Source: Candidatus Lustribacter sp.
GTDB taxonomy: Bacteria; Vulcanimicrobiota; Vulcanimicrobiia; Vulcanimicrobiales; Vulcanimicrobiaceae
DNA: 64,000 nucleotides
Direction: 5' to 3'
Assembly: GCA_965277805.1 (NCBI GenBank)
Contig: OZ255842.1
Location: 1,536,001 to 1,600,000 of the forward strand
Shown: positions 40,393 to 48,454 of the stretch, one piece after another
Position numbering within the stretch: the stretch's first letter is position 1
Layout of the letters: every line of letters begins with the position of its first letter
Program-made: the position numbers and the translations under genes
The notes under the pieces: generated by a model
Databases searched by the model: none
What the model was told of the DNA's origin: nothing
What the model saw: the letters and a program-made list of their open reading frames with translations, nothing else

Positions 40393-41736
40393 GTGATCGA
40401 CCAACAGCCGCGTTTAGGCTTCAGTGGGCAGGACGTTCCCCCCGAGGACGTATTCAATCAATGCGTCCGCTGCGGGCTGTGCCTGCCCACCTGTCCGACC
40501 TACGTCGAAACCCTGGTCGAGACATCGGGACCGCGCGGGCGCATCGCCTTGATCCGGGCCGTTGCCGAGGGGCAACTCGACCTGACGAGTCCGGGCTTCA
40601 TGCATCAGATGAGCGAGTGCCTCGATTGCCGGGCTTGCGAGGCCGTTTGCCCGTCCGGCGTGCGTTACGGCGAGTTGCTCGAGCCGGCCCGGACCCAGAT
40701 CGTGCGGGCGACCGCACCCACGCGCTCGCCCTCCGCAACCTTCGGCCGCAGCGTGCTGATCGGCGCGCTCTTCTCGCAGTTGTGGTTCATGCGGCTGGTT
40801 GCGAACTTCGTGCGCATCTACCAGCGCAGCGGCTTGCAAGCGCTCGCGCGCAAGAGCGGCATCCTGCGCGCGCTGCGTCTCGAGGAACTCGAAGCGCTCG
40901 CGCCGCGGATGTCGTCGTCGTTTTTCGTTGCGCGCGGCCAGCATTTTCCAGCGCAAGGCACCCGTAAAGCCACGGCCTTTTTGCACGCGGGCTGCATCAT
41001 GCACGTCGCCTTCGCAGACTGGAACGAAGCGTCGGTGCGCGTGCTCAACCGCGCCGGCATCGACGTCGTCGTGCCCGCCGATCAAGGCTGCTGCGGGGCG
41101 ATCACGATCCATGCCGGCGAAATGGATCGCGGCCGCGAGCTCGCCAAGCGCAACATCGCGGCGTTCGAGCGCAGCGGCGCCGACGTGTACGTGATCAACG
41201 CCGCCGGCTGCGGTTCGGCGCTCAAGGAATACGGGCAGCTCTTTCATGGCGATTCGGCTTGGCACGAACGCGCGCTCGCGTTCAGCGCCAAGGTCCGCGA
41301 CATCACGGAATATCTCGACGAAGTCGGCATCGGCGCGGGGCTGGGCACGTTGAACGCCGTCGTCACGTATCAAGACCCGTGTCATCTCGCACATGCGCAA
41401 CGCATCACGGCCGCGCCGCGGCGGCTGCTCGCGCAGATTCCGGGCCTCGAACTTCGTGAGATGGAAGAGAGCTCGCTCTGTTGCGGGAGCGCCGGAATCT
41501 ACAACGTCACGCAACCGGAAATGGCCGGCCGCCTCGGCCGCCGCAAAGTCGAGCACGTGATCGACGTCGCGCCCGACATCCTCGCCACCGCCAACCCCGG
41601 CTGCGCCCTGCAAATCGCCAACGGCCTGCGCACGACCGGCAAGAACATCGAAGTCCTCCACGTCGTGCAATTATTAGATCGAGCCTACTCTTCCGATGTC
41701 ACCCCGAGCTTGTCGAGGGGCAGCCGCCAAGCTTGA
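40393..41736 (+). CDS. glcF: Glycolate oxidase iron-sulfur subunit-like (2x4Fe-4S plus 2 CCG domains)
   Basis: [40 protein letters not shown]. Confidence 0.8.
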   Translation: MIDQQPRLGFSGQDVPPEDVFNQCVRCGLCLPTCPTYVETLVETSGPRGRIALIRAVAEGQLDLTSPGFMHQMSECLDCRACEAVCPSGVRYGELLEPARTQIVRATAPTRSPSATFGRSVLIGALFSQLWFMRLVANFVRIYQRSGLQALARKSGILRALRLEELEALAPRMSSSFFVARGQHFPAQGTRKATAFLHAGCIMHVAFADWNEASVRVLNRAGIDVVVPADQGCCGAITIHAGEMDRGRELAKRNIAAFERSGADVYVINAAGCGSALKEYGQLFHGDSAWHERALAFSAKVRDITEYLDEVGIGAGLGTLNAVVTYQDPCHLAHAQRITAAPRRLLAQIPGLELREMEESSLCCGSAGIYNVTQPEMAGRLGRRKVEHVIDVAPDILATANPGCALQIANGLRTTGKNIEVLHVVQLLDRAYSSDVTPSLSRGSRQA

Positions 41737-41772
41737 CGATCGAGGCGGTCCCTCGACAAGCTCGGGATGACA
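41697..41772. repeat. REP/REPIN-like inverted repeat (23-bp arms, 1 mismatch)
   Basis: TGTCACCCCGAGCTTGTCGAGGG (41697-41719) ... CCCTCGACAAGCTCGGGATGACA (41750-41772), at the junction of two convergent genes. Confidence 0.8.
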
Positions 41773-41773
41773 A

Positions 41774-42112
41774 CTACGCTTTGTACTCGCGCCACTCCGA
41801 GATTTTGCCGTCGCGGGTGTGGACGATCGCGCAGCCGGGGCTACCCGTCCAGGTGCCGTCTTTGAGCTTGATTTCCCAGGTGTAGGCAACCGCGAAGCGT
41901 TCGCCGTCGCCGAAGAGATCGTGCACTGTCATGCGCCACTCGGGCCCGCCGTGAAAGAACGGCTTCCAGTGCGCGGCGATCGTATCGCGTCCGACGACCG
42001 GCTCTTTCTTGGCTTCGTGAAAGATGCCGTCGGCCGTGAAGTATGCGGCCGAACCGGTTTCGTCACCGGCTCGCCACAGGTCGAACATCTGCTCGAAATC
42101 GGAAACGGTCAC
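41774..42112 (-). CDS. NTF2-like (SnoaL) protein
   Basis: FTADG..E...GRD.I...W, DGKISEWREY. Confidence 0.8.
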   Translation of the reverse strand: MTVSDFEQMFDLWRAGDETGSAAYFTADGIFHEAKKEPVVGRDTIAAHWKPFFHGGPEWRMTVHDLFGDGERFAVAYTWEIKLKDGTWTGSPGCAIVHTRDGKISEWREYKA

Positions 42113-42483
42113 AGGTCGCCGACGCGCACCCCGTCGGTAAGGGCATCGTTGAGCGTCGAGTAGACGGCGAAGATCTTGAGCAGGCCGGTGATGCGCAGCA
42201 GGCGCACGATCTGGCCTTCCTTCACTACGAGGCGCACTTCGCCGTCGAACTCTTTGGCCCGCCGCTGCGCGCCGATCAGCGCGCCGAGGCCGGTCGAGTC
42301 GAGGAAGTCGACGTTGGTGAGATCGACGATGAGCCGATGATCGCCGCGCGCGGACGCATCGAGCAGCGATGCCCGGACCGTCGGCGAGGTGGCGATGTCT
42401 AAACTGCCGCTGAGTTCGAAGACTTGCATGCCGTCCACGACGTGCATGTGCAGTTTGAGATCTTCGTGACTGTGATTACTCAA
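42109..42483 (-). CDS. STAS-domain anti-sigma factor antagonist (RsbV/SpoIIAA-like)
   Basis: GSLDIATSP, VDLTNVDFLDSTGLGAL, LLRITGL; TTG start inferred downstream of the tRNA. Confidence 0.88.
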   Translation of the reverse strand: MSNHSHEDLKLHMHVVDGMQVFELSGSLDIATSPTVRASLLDASARGDHRLIVDLTNVDFLDSTGLGALIGAQRRAKEFDGEVRLVVKEGQIVRLLRITGLLKIFAVYSTLNDALTDGVRVGDL

Positions 42484-42520
42484 ATTGTCCAACCCTTCCG
42501 AATCCGCCGGGAGAGCGATG

Positions 42521-42593
42521 CTGGGGCGGCTGGACTCGAACCAACGCATGCCAGGATCAAAACCTGGTGCCTTACCAACTTGGCTACGCCCCA
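42521..42593 (-). tRNA. tRNA-Gln(UUG), CCA not encoded
   Basis: TGGGGCGTAGCCAAGTTGGTAAGGCA CCAGG-TT-TTG-AT-CCTGG ... GGTTCGAGTCC..CGCCCCAG. Confidence 0.95.
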
Positions 42594-42648
42594 CAAAATC
42601 GCGCCTCGGCGCCAGCGCGTCTAGTTAGACGACACGGCCTCTGAGCCT

Positions 42649-43035
42649 TTAGGTGCGAACGCGGAACGCGCGGTCGGCGAGCGCCGAGACGATCGGGATC
42701 GTGAAGAGCTCGCCCCGGCCCGCGCGCGCCGAGTAGGAAAACGCGAGCACGGTCAGCGTCACGAACACGATCGCGTCGAGGAGCAATCCGGCCATGTAGA
42801 TGGTGACGGTCGCGCCGGTCGAGATGCCGGCGTCGAAGATGACCGTCAGCAGCGGCAGGGCCATCACGACGACGAAGACCACGCTGGCCAAGATCCCGAA
42901 CGTCAGCGCTTGGCGCGTATGGATGCGCGTCCAGCGCGACGCATCCGGCACTTCCCGGACCAGCGCGGCTAATGCGAGCGGCCAGACCAAGTACGCGCTT
43001 GCGGCGCGCTGATAATCTTGCTGCTCTTCGATCAG
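42649..43035 (-). CDS. Hypothetical integral membrane protein (DUF4870-like); start uncertain, possibly CTG
   Basis: AYLVWP, H.RQAL.F, three hydrophobic helices, GELFTIPIV; CTGA overlap with the nlpC stop. Confidence 0.6.
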   Translation of the reverse strand: MIEEQQDYQRAASAYLVWPLALAALVREVPDASRWTRIHTRQALTFGILASVVFVVVMALPLLTVIFDAGISTGATVTIYMAGLLLDAIVFVTLTVLAFSYSARAGRGELFTIPIVSALADRAFRVRT

Positions 43036-43706
43036 ATTAGCCGTTTGGCTCCGAGGTAGCGCGCCGACCAGTAGCTCTCGTGCAGGTTCGAGACGGTGAC
43101 GCCGTGGCTCGACGAGGCGTGCACGAAGCGGTCGTTGCCGAGGTAGATTCCCACGTGCGACGCTCCGGCAGCGTACGTTTGGAAGAAGACCAGATCGCCC
43201 GGAACCATCTTGGCGCCGGTCACGCGTTTGCCGGCGTCGTACTGCGCGTCGGCGGTGCGCGGAATGTGATAGCCGAGCATCGCGAAGACGTGCTGGACAT
43301 AGCCCGAACAGTCGAAACCGCGCGAACTGGTCCCACCGAACACATAGGGTACACCGAGGAAGCGCATCGCGTTGCGGGTCAGCGTGACCGCGAGCTGCGT
43401 GCTGCGATTGACGATCCCGTCGGCGAAGCGCCGAACCAGACGCGAACCGGTCAGCCGGGACTCGGCCGGCGTCGCTTCGGTTGAGGGGTCGACCCCCCAC
43501 ATGGCGAGATCTGCGCCGGCCGTCGGTGCCACGGCCTCGATGGCGGCTGCGCGCACGGCCTGGGCCTGCGAGGCGGGGGCGGCCTCGGCGGCTGCGGTGG
43601 CGACCGTGACGGCCGGCGGAAGCGCCGTCTCCGCGGCTCCGCCAATAGCGAAACTCGTTGCGGTCAAAAGGACCGTACACGCCCCGGTAACGAGGAAACG
43701 AAACAA
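43032..43706 (-). CDS. Secreted NlpC/P60 (C40) peptidoglycan endopeptidase
   Basis: LGVPYVFGG, FDCSG, PGDLVFF, SHVGIY, FVHAS; AAGGAG 6 nt before TTG. Confidence 0.93.
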   Translation of the reverse strand: MFRFLVTGACTVLLTATSFAIGGAAETALPPAVTVATAAAEAAPASQAQAVRAAAIEAVAPTAGADLAMWGVDPSTEATPAESRLTGSRLVRRFADGIVNRSTQLAVTLTRNAMRFLGVPYVFGGTSSRGFDCSGYVQHVFAMLGYHIPRTADAQYDAGKRVTGAKMVPGDLVFFQTYAAGASHVGIYLGNDRFVHASSSHGVTVSNLHESYWSARYLGAKRLI

Positions 43707-43727
43707 GAACTGCTCCTTCTTCCAACA

Positions 43728-43846
43728 CTTACGGGGTTAGTTGACGGGTTAGGACAGAAGAATTGCCCTCGAGCCGACCGGCTCGTTCACCCCTACCGGG
43801 AATCCCCCGTTCCGGTCTGCGAGGCCGGACTCAGCGATTACGTAAG
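43728..43846 (-). ncRNA. Cyclic di-AMP riboswitch (ydaO/yuaA class)
   Basis: Minus strand CTTACG..ATCGCTGAGTCC..GGAACGGGGGA..GGGGTGAA..AGGG..CCTAACCCGTCAACTAACCCCGTAAG; terminal CTTACG/CGTAAG pair; sits upstream of a wall hydrolase, a typical context. Confidence 0.92.
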
Positions 43847-43930
43847 CAGAGATATTGTGTGGGTTTAATCACCCACTAACCCTGGGTAGAGGGCTGAGCT
43901 TAGTATTTCCTTCCGCCAAACGGCGAAATA

Positions 43931-45292
43931 TTAACTTTCTGCAAGGGTCCCCGCGGCGGTACGAATTACCGCGGCTACGGCCTCCGCGACGTCGCTCGTG
44001 GTCGCCTCGTCGGCCGCCTCGACCATCACCCGGACCAGCGGCTCCGTCCCCGAGGGACGTACGAGAATCCGGCCGGCCTGCCCGAGGCGCGCCTCGGCCG
44101 CAGCCACGGCGGCCAGCACGGCCGGGGCGCCGGCGATGTCGCGGTCCTCGACCCGCACGTTGATCAGGATCTGCGGGAACACGGTCATGGCTGCTGCGAG
44201 ATCGCGCAGCCGCTTCCCGCTGCGCGCGGCGACGCCGAACAGGGTCACTGCCGTCATCAAGCCGTCGCCGGTCGTGTTGCGGTCGAGGTCGATCACGTGG
44301 CCCGATTGCTCGCCGCCGAGCCGGTAGCCGCCGGCGCGCATCGTCTCGAGCACGTAGCGATCGCCGACCGCGGCCCGTAAAAGCGCGATGCCGGCACGCT
44401 CCAGGGCGCGCTCGAGTCCGACGTTGCTCATCACCGTCGCCACGACCGCATCGCCCGGTAGCGCGCCGCGCGCGTGGCGCTCACCCGCCAAGATCAGCAG
44501 CGCATGATCGCCGTCGAGCAGCTCACCGGTTTCGTCGACGAACTTCGCGCGGTCGGCGTCGCCGTCGAGCGCGACGCCCACGACGCGCGTGGTACCGCGC
44601 GCGATCTCAGCGCGAACCGTCGCCTGCAGCATCGTGAGGTCGGTCGCGCCGCAGGCCACGTTGATGCGCGCCCCGTCGTCCTCGGCATTGATCGCGATCA
44701 CGCGCGCGCCGAGCCGTTCGAACACTTGCGGTCCGATGCGAAAAGCCGCGCCGTTGGCCGCATCGACGACGATCGTCCAGCCGCTGAGATCGCTGCCGGC
44801 GGCGACGAGCATCGCGACGTACCGTTCGGCGAGTTCCGGGGCGGCGGTTGCGACGCCGACGCCGGTGTGCGTTGGACGCGGCAGCGTCACGTCGTGCAGC
44901 CGCTCGCCGATCTCATCTTCGACCGCATCGGAGAGCTTGAAGCCGTCCGGGCCGAAGAACTTGATGCCGTTGTCTTCAATCGGGTTGTGCGAGGCCGAGA
45001 TCATCACGCCGGCGGCAGCACCGAGAGTCACCGTCACGGCGGCGACGCACGGCGTCGGCACGACGCCGAGCAGCACGGCGTTGCGGCCGGTCGAGGTGAT
45101 CCCCGCGATCATCGCGGCCTCGAGCATCGTGCCGGAAAGCCGCGTGTCGCGGCCGATCACGATCGGCATATCCGGACCGGCCGCATGCGCGATCACCGCG
45201 GCGCCGGCGCGGCCGACGGCAAACGCGAGTTCCGGCGTGAGGTCGGCGTTGGCTACGCCGCGTACGCCGTCGGTGCCGAAGAGGCGGCTCAC
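43931..45292 (-). CDS. glmM: Phosphoglucosamine mutase
   Basis: FGTDGVRG, MISASHNP, DGDADR, GGEQSGH, RPSGTEP. Confidence 0.95.
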   Translation of the reverse strand: MSRLFGTDGVRGVANADLTPELAFAVGRAGAAVIAHAAGPDMPIVIGRDTRLSGTMLEAAMIAGITSTGRNAVLLGVVPTPCVAAVTVTLGAAAGVMISASHNPIEDNGIKFFGPDGFKLSDAVEDEIGERLHDVTLPRPTHTGVGVATAAPELAERYVAMLVAAGSDLSGWTIVVDAANGAAFRIGPQVFERLGARVIAINAEDDGARINVACGATDLTMLQATVRAEIARGTTRVVGVALDGDADRAKFVDETGELLDGDHALLILAGERHARGALPGDAVVATVMSNVGLERALERAGIALLRAAVGDRYVLETMRAGGYRLGGEQSGHVIDLDRNTTGDGLMTAVTLFGVAARSGKRLRDLAAAMTVFPQILINVRVEDRDIAGAPAVLAAVAAAEARLGQAGRILVRPSGTEPLVRVMVEAADEATTSDVAEAVAAVIRTAAGTLAES

Positions 45293-45969
45293 GATTTCAC
45301 GCCCGCAGAGTTGGTCGACGGCGCGAAGCGCGCGCGCACGCGCACCAGATTCGGAGAAACTTGGGTGTTCGCGACCTCGTTGCCGTGCGCGTCGGCGGCG
45401 ATCGGCCGTACCATCGCATCAAAGTTTCCGGGCTTCGTGCCGAGCGGAATCTCAATCTTCACCACATCGACCTTCGCCAAATCATTGGCAATGCCGCGCA
45501 CGGTGGTCAGCGACGGGTTGACCGTCGATGATTCGACGACCAGCGAACCGTTGCCGCCGGCATACGAAATGCTCACCGGCACGGTGCGCGTTTCCAGGCG
45601 GTCGACGCTCAGCGTCACCGATGCCGGCGACAGCGACTTGATATTGAGGTCGGGCGCGACGATCTTCACCGGCAAGTTCATGATGCCGGGATCGGGCTTG
45701 TCGTTGAGATCGAGCACCGCTTGGATCTGATCGGATTTGATCGGCGGCCCGTTGCGCGGCTGCTCGACCGTCACGATCGCCGTGCGCTCGTCGTAATTTG
45801 CCACGAGGCCGGGGCGCAAACCGGTGACCACGATCGGCACGCTGAGCTGTTGATCGAAGTGGGCCGTGATCGACGCTGCAGCGGAGAAATGGAAATAAGC
45901 CCACGCCGTAACGGCGAGGGCCAGCGCCAACAGCTTAAGCCTGAAGTTTCTCTTGATCGCTTGAAGCAC
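45289..45969 (-). CDS. cdaR: CdaR/YbbR-like regulator of diadenylate cyclase (short form)
   Basis: N-terminal TM LKLLALALAV.AW, YbbR-like beta domains, position between cdaA and glmM. Confidence 0.8.
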   Translation of the reverse strand: MLQAIKRNFRLKLLALALAVTAWAYFHFSAAASITAHFDQQLSVPIVVTGLRPGLVANYDERTAIVTVEQPRNGPPIKSDQIQAVLDLNDKPDPGIMNLPVKIVAPDLNIKSLSPASVTLSVDRLETRTVPVSISYAGGNGSLVVESSTVNPSLTTVRGIANDLAKVDVVKIEIPLGTKPGNFDAMVRPIAADAHGNEVANTQVSPNLVRVRARFAPSTNSAGVKS

Positions 45970-46810
45970 GGGTCATTCGCGTTAACAGATTGGCAAGCCA
46001 CGGCGGCGGTTCGGCGGCATGCGGACGGCGGCGCGGCCGGATGCACGCTTCCAGCACTTTGCGCAGCCGCTCTTCATCGTCGATGCGTACCGACAAGCGG
46101 CCCGCGCGCGCGACCGAAACGGTGCGCGACTCTTCCGAAACGACCACCACCACCGCGTCGGCCTGTTCGGTCAAACCGATCGCCGCGCGATGACGCGTGC
46201 CGAGATGCCGTTCGGCGACGATCGCGTTTTCCGAGAGCGGCAGAAAACATGCGGCGCCCTCGATCAGCAGATCGCGCACGATGACCGCACCGTCGTGCAG
46301 CGGCGACTGCTTGTTGAAGATCGCCATCAGCAGATCGCTCGAGAGCTTCGCATCGAGCGCGGTGCCGCTCTCGACGTATTCGCGCAGACCGGTTTGGCCT
46401 TCGATCACGATAAGGGCACCGAGGTTTTCGGCTGCCAGGCGAAACGCCGCGGCCGCGACCGTGCCCACCAGCTGGTTCGCAATCGCTTCTTCGTCGGCCG
46501 GCGCGCGATGAAAGAATCTGCCACGGCCGATCTGTTCGAGCGCGCGCCGCAACTCCGGTTGAAATACGATCGGCAGCGTGACCGCGGTGCCCAGCAGCAA
46601 ATACTGCATGACCGTGGCCAAAACGAGCAGGTGCAACAGGTTGGAGACGCCGAGAACGATCACGAGCGTCAGCAGGCCCAGCACGATCTGAACCGCGCGC
46701 GTGCCGCGGATGAGGAGCAGCAGATAGTAGATCAGGATAGACGTAGCGACGATATCGATCGCGTCGGAGATGCCGAACGTACCGGAGAACGCGCCGAAAT
46801 AGGGGATCAT
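45935..46810 (-). CDS. cdaA: Membrane-bound diadenylate cyclase
   Basis: 3 TM helices, FQPELRRALEQIG, catalytic LHDGAV and GTRHRAA, VSEE. Confidence 0.95.
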   Translation of the reverse strand: MIPYFGAFSGTFGISDAIDIVATSILIYYLLLLIRGTRAVQIVLGLLTLVIVLGVSNLLHLLVLATVMQYLLLGTAVTLPIVFQPELRRALEQIGRGRFFHRAPADEEAIANQLVGTVAAAAFRLAAENLGALIVIEGQTGLREYVESGTALDAKLSSDLLMAIFNKQSPLHDGAVIVRDLLIEGAACFLPLSENAIVAERHLGTRHRAAIGLTEQADAVVVVVSEESRTVSVARAGRLSVRIDDEERLRKVLEACIRPRRRPHAAEPPPWLANLLTRMTRASSDQEKLQA

Positions 46811-47127
46811 TCGAGGCCGACCAGGTGGCGCTCGAGGATGCGCGACGCGTCGAGTTCCGGATCGGCGAGACCGACCGCCGCCAAGTGCGCCGCTTCTTCA
46901 TCTTCGATCGGTTCGGCCTCGGCGGCCGGGACGAAATGCGTTTCGATCGTGATCAAGTCGTCGATCAAATCCGGCCGCGTCACCTCGTCATCGAAGCTGA
47001 CCGTCACCACGTCGTCGCGCTCGAAACACGACTGGATGCCCGCGGGCGCGCCGGGGCCGACCAGCGCGGCCAGCAAGTTGGCGCGCACGGCGGGATCGGC
47101 AGCGATGACGGAACGGACCACCTGCAC
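46807..47127 (-). CDS. Hypothetical acidic protein coupled to cdaA
   Basis: 106-aa ORF whose TGA overlaps the cdaA ATG (ATGA). Confidence 0.65.
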   Translation of the reverse strand: MQVVRSVIAADPAVRANLLAALVGPGAPAGIQSCFERDDVVTVSFDDEVTRPDLIDDLITIETHFVPAAEAEPIEDEEAAHLAAVGLADPELDASRILERHLVGLE

Positions 47128-47142
47128 CGGTCTAGGGTTCGC

Positions 47143-48048
47143 ATGACGTCATCGCAAGTCCGCCGCGCGATCGTGATCGCCGTCGGCCGCAACGCCGCCT
47201 GGGTAGTGCGCGACGGCGAACGCGAACCGGTGCTGGCGGCGCTGCGCAAGACGCTGGCTCGCACGGTGCTCGCGCCGGGCGACATGGTCACCGTTCAAGC
47301 ACTCGACGACGACCGGGTGGTGATCGACGCGGTCGAACCGCGCAGCTTCGCGTTGGTCCGGCGCACTGCCGGCGGCCGCACCAAAACGATGGCCGCCAAC
47401 ATCGAGACGATGGCGATCGTGGCGGCCCTGGCCGATCCGCCGCCTAGCCTGCCGATGCTCGACCAGCTGATCGCCTTTGCCGTCCAGCACGAGGTCGAAG
47501 CGGCGCTGATCTTGACGAAGCCCGATCTCGCCGAACCGGACGCCGTCGAGCGCATGCGCGCGATCTACGGGCCGGCCGAGGTGCCGGTGCTGGTCGTTCA
47601 GCCCAAAGCCGGCGACGGCATCGACGAGCTCGCTGCCTACCTGACCGGCCGCCACGCCTTGCTGGTGGGAAACTCCGGGGTCGGCAAAAGCAGCATTTTC
47701 CGGGCCTTGGGCGGGACGGCGACCGTCGGCGACCTTTCGCGCTTTGGACGCGGCCGCCAGACCACCACCTCGGCCAAGCTCTTCCAAACGCCGGGCGGCT
47801 TCCTCGTCGACAGCCCGGGGATCGGCGAGTTCATCCTCGACCCGATGCCGGCGGCCGAGCTCTCCTACCTGTTCGTCGAAATGCGCGAACCGGCGACGCG
47901 CTGCCGGTTTGACGACTGCCGGCACCTTCACGAACCCGATTGTGCCGTCCGCGAGGCCGTGGCCGATGGCCGGATCGCTGCCAGCCGCTACGCCAGCTAC
48001 CGGGCGCTGTGCGAGGTGCACGACGACAAACGGCCTTGGAGCAGCTAG
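47143..48048 (+). CDS. rsgA: Ribosome small subunit-dependent GTPase A
   Basis: Permuted TKPD, GNSGVGKSS, RGRQTTT, DSPG; zinc finger CRFDDCRHLHEPDC. Confidence 0.92.
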   Translation: MTSSQVRRAIVIAVGRNAAWVVRDGEREPVLAALRKTLARTVLAPGDMVTVQALDDDRVVIDAVEPRSFALVRRTAGGRTKTMAANIETMAIVAALADPPPSLPMLDQLIAFAVQHEVEAALILTKPDLAEPDAVERMRAIYGPAEVPVLVVQPKAGDGIDELAAYLTGRHALLVGNSGVGKSSIFRALGGTATVGDLSRFGRGRQTTTSAKLFQTPGGFLVDSPGIGEFILDPMPAAELSYLFVEMREPATRCRFDDCRHLHEPDCAVREAVADGRIAASRYASYRALCEVHDDKRPWSS

Positions 48049-48138
48049 AGCCTTGTTCTTGGGCGCGTTTTTTGGTATGCTGACCGGCGTGCCCGGACGA
48101 CTGCGTCCGAGCCGAAATACCATTGTCCGGAGCCGAAC

Positions 48139-48441
48139 TTGCCCAACATCAAGGCCGCGATCAAGTGGCAGCGCCAAACCGAACGCCGTACCCTGCGGAA
48201 CCTCGACCTCAAGACGCGTCTGAAGACGCTTTTCAAGAAGGCCAAGGCCAATCCGGACCAAGCGGGCTCCGTTCAAGCGCAGTTCGACAAGGCCGCCCGC
48301 AAGGGGATCATTCATCCCAATAAGGCCGCCCGCAAGAGCGCCCGCCTGGCCCGTGCGATCCGCACCGCCAAGGCCGCAGCAGCCGCCGCTCCGCCGCCGA
48401 GCGCCGCTCCCGCCAAGAAACGCTCGACGAAAAAGGGCTAG
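48139..48441 (+). CDS. rpsT: 30S ribosomal protein S20
   Basis: MPNIKAAIK..RQ, DKAARKGIIHPNKAARKSARL. Confidence 0.95.
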   Translation: MPNIKAAIKWQRQTERRTLRNLDLKTRLKTLFKKAKANPDQAGSVQAQFDKAARKGIIHPNKAARKSARLARAIRTAKAAAAAAPPPSAAPAKKRSTKKG

Positions 48442-48454
48442 CCCGAACCTGAGT

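Noticed and set aside
42484-42594. N-terminal extension of the STAS ORF in the track (likewise tig extended to 63404)
   Set aside because: The extensions read through tRNA genes; true starts are downstream
43036-43728. 359-aa ORF 42649-43728 as one protein overlapping nlpC
   Set aside because: The first 231 codons are an off-frame shadow of nlpC; only the hydrophobic 3' part looks real
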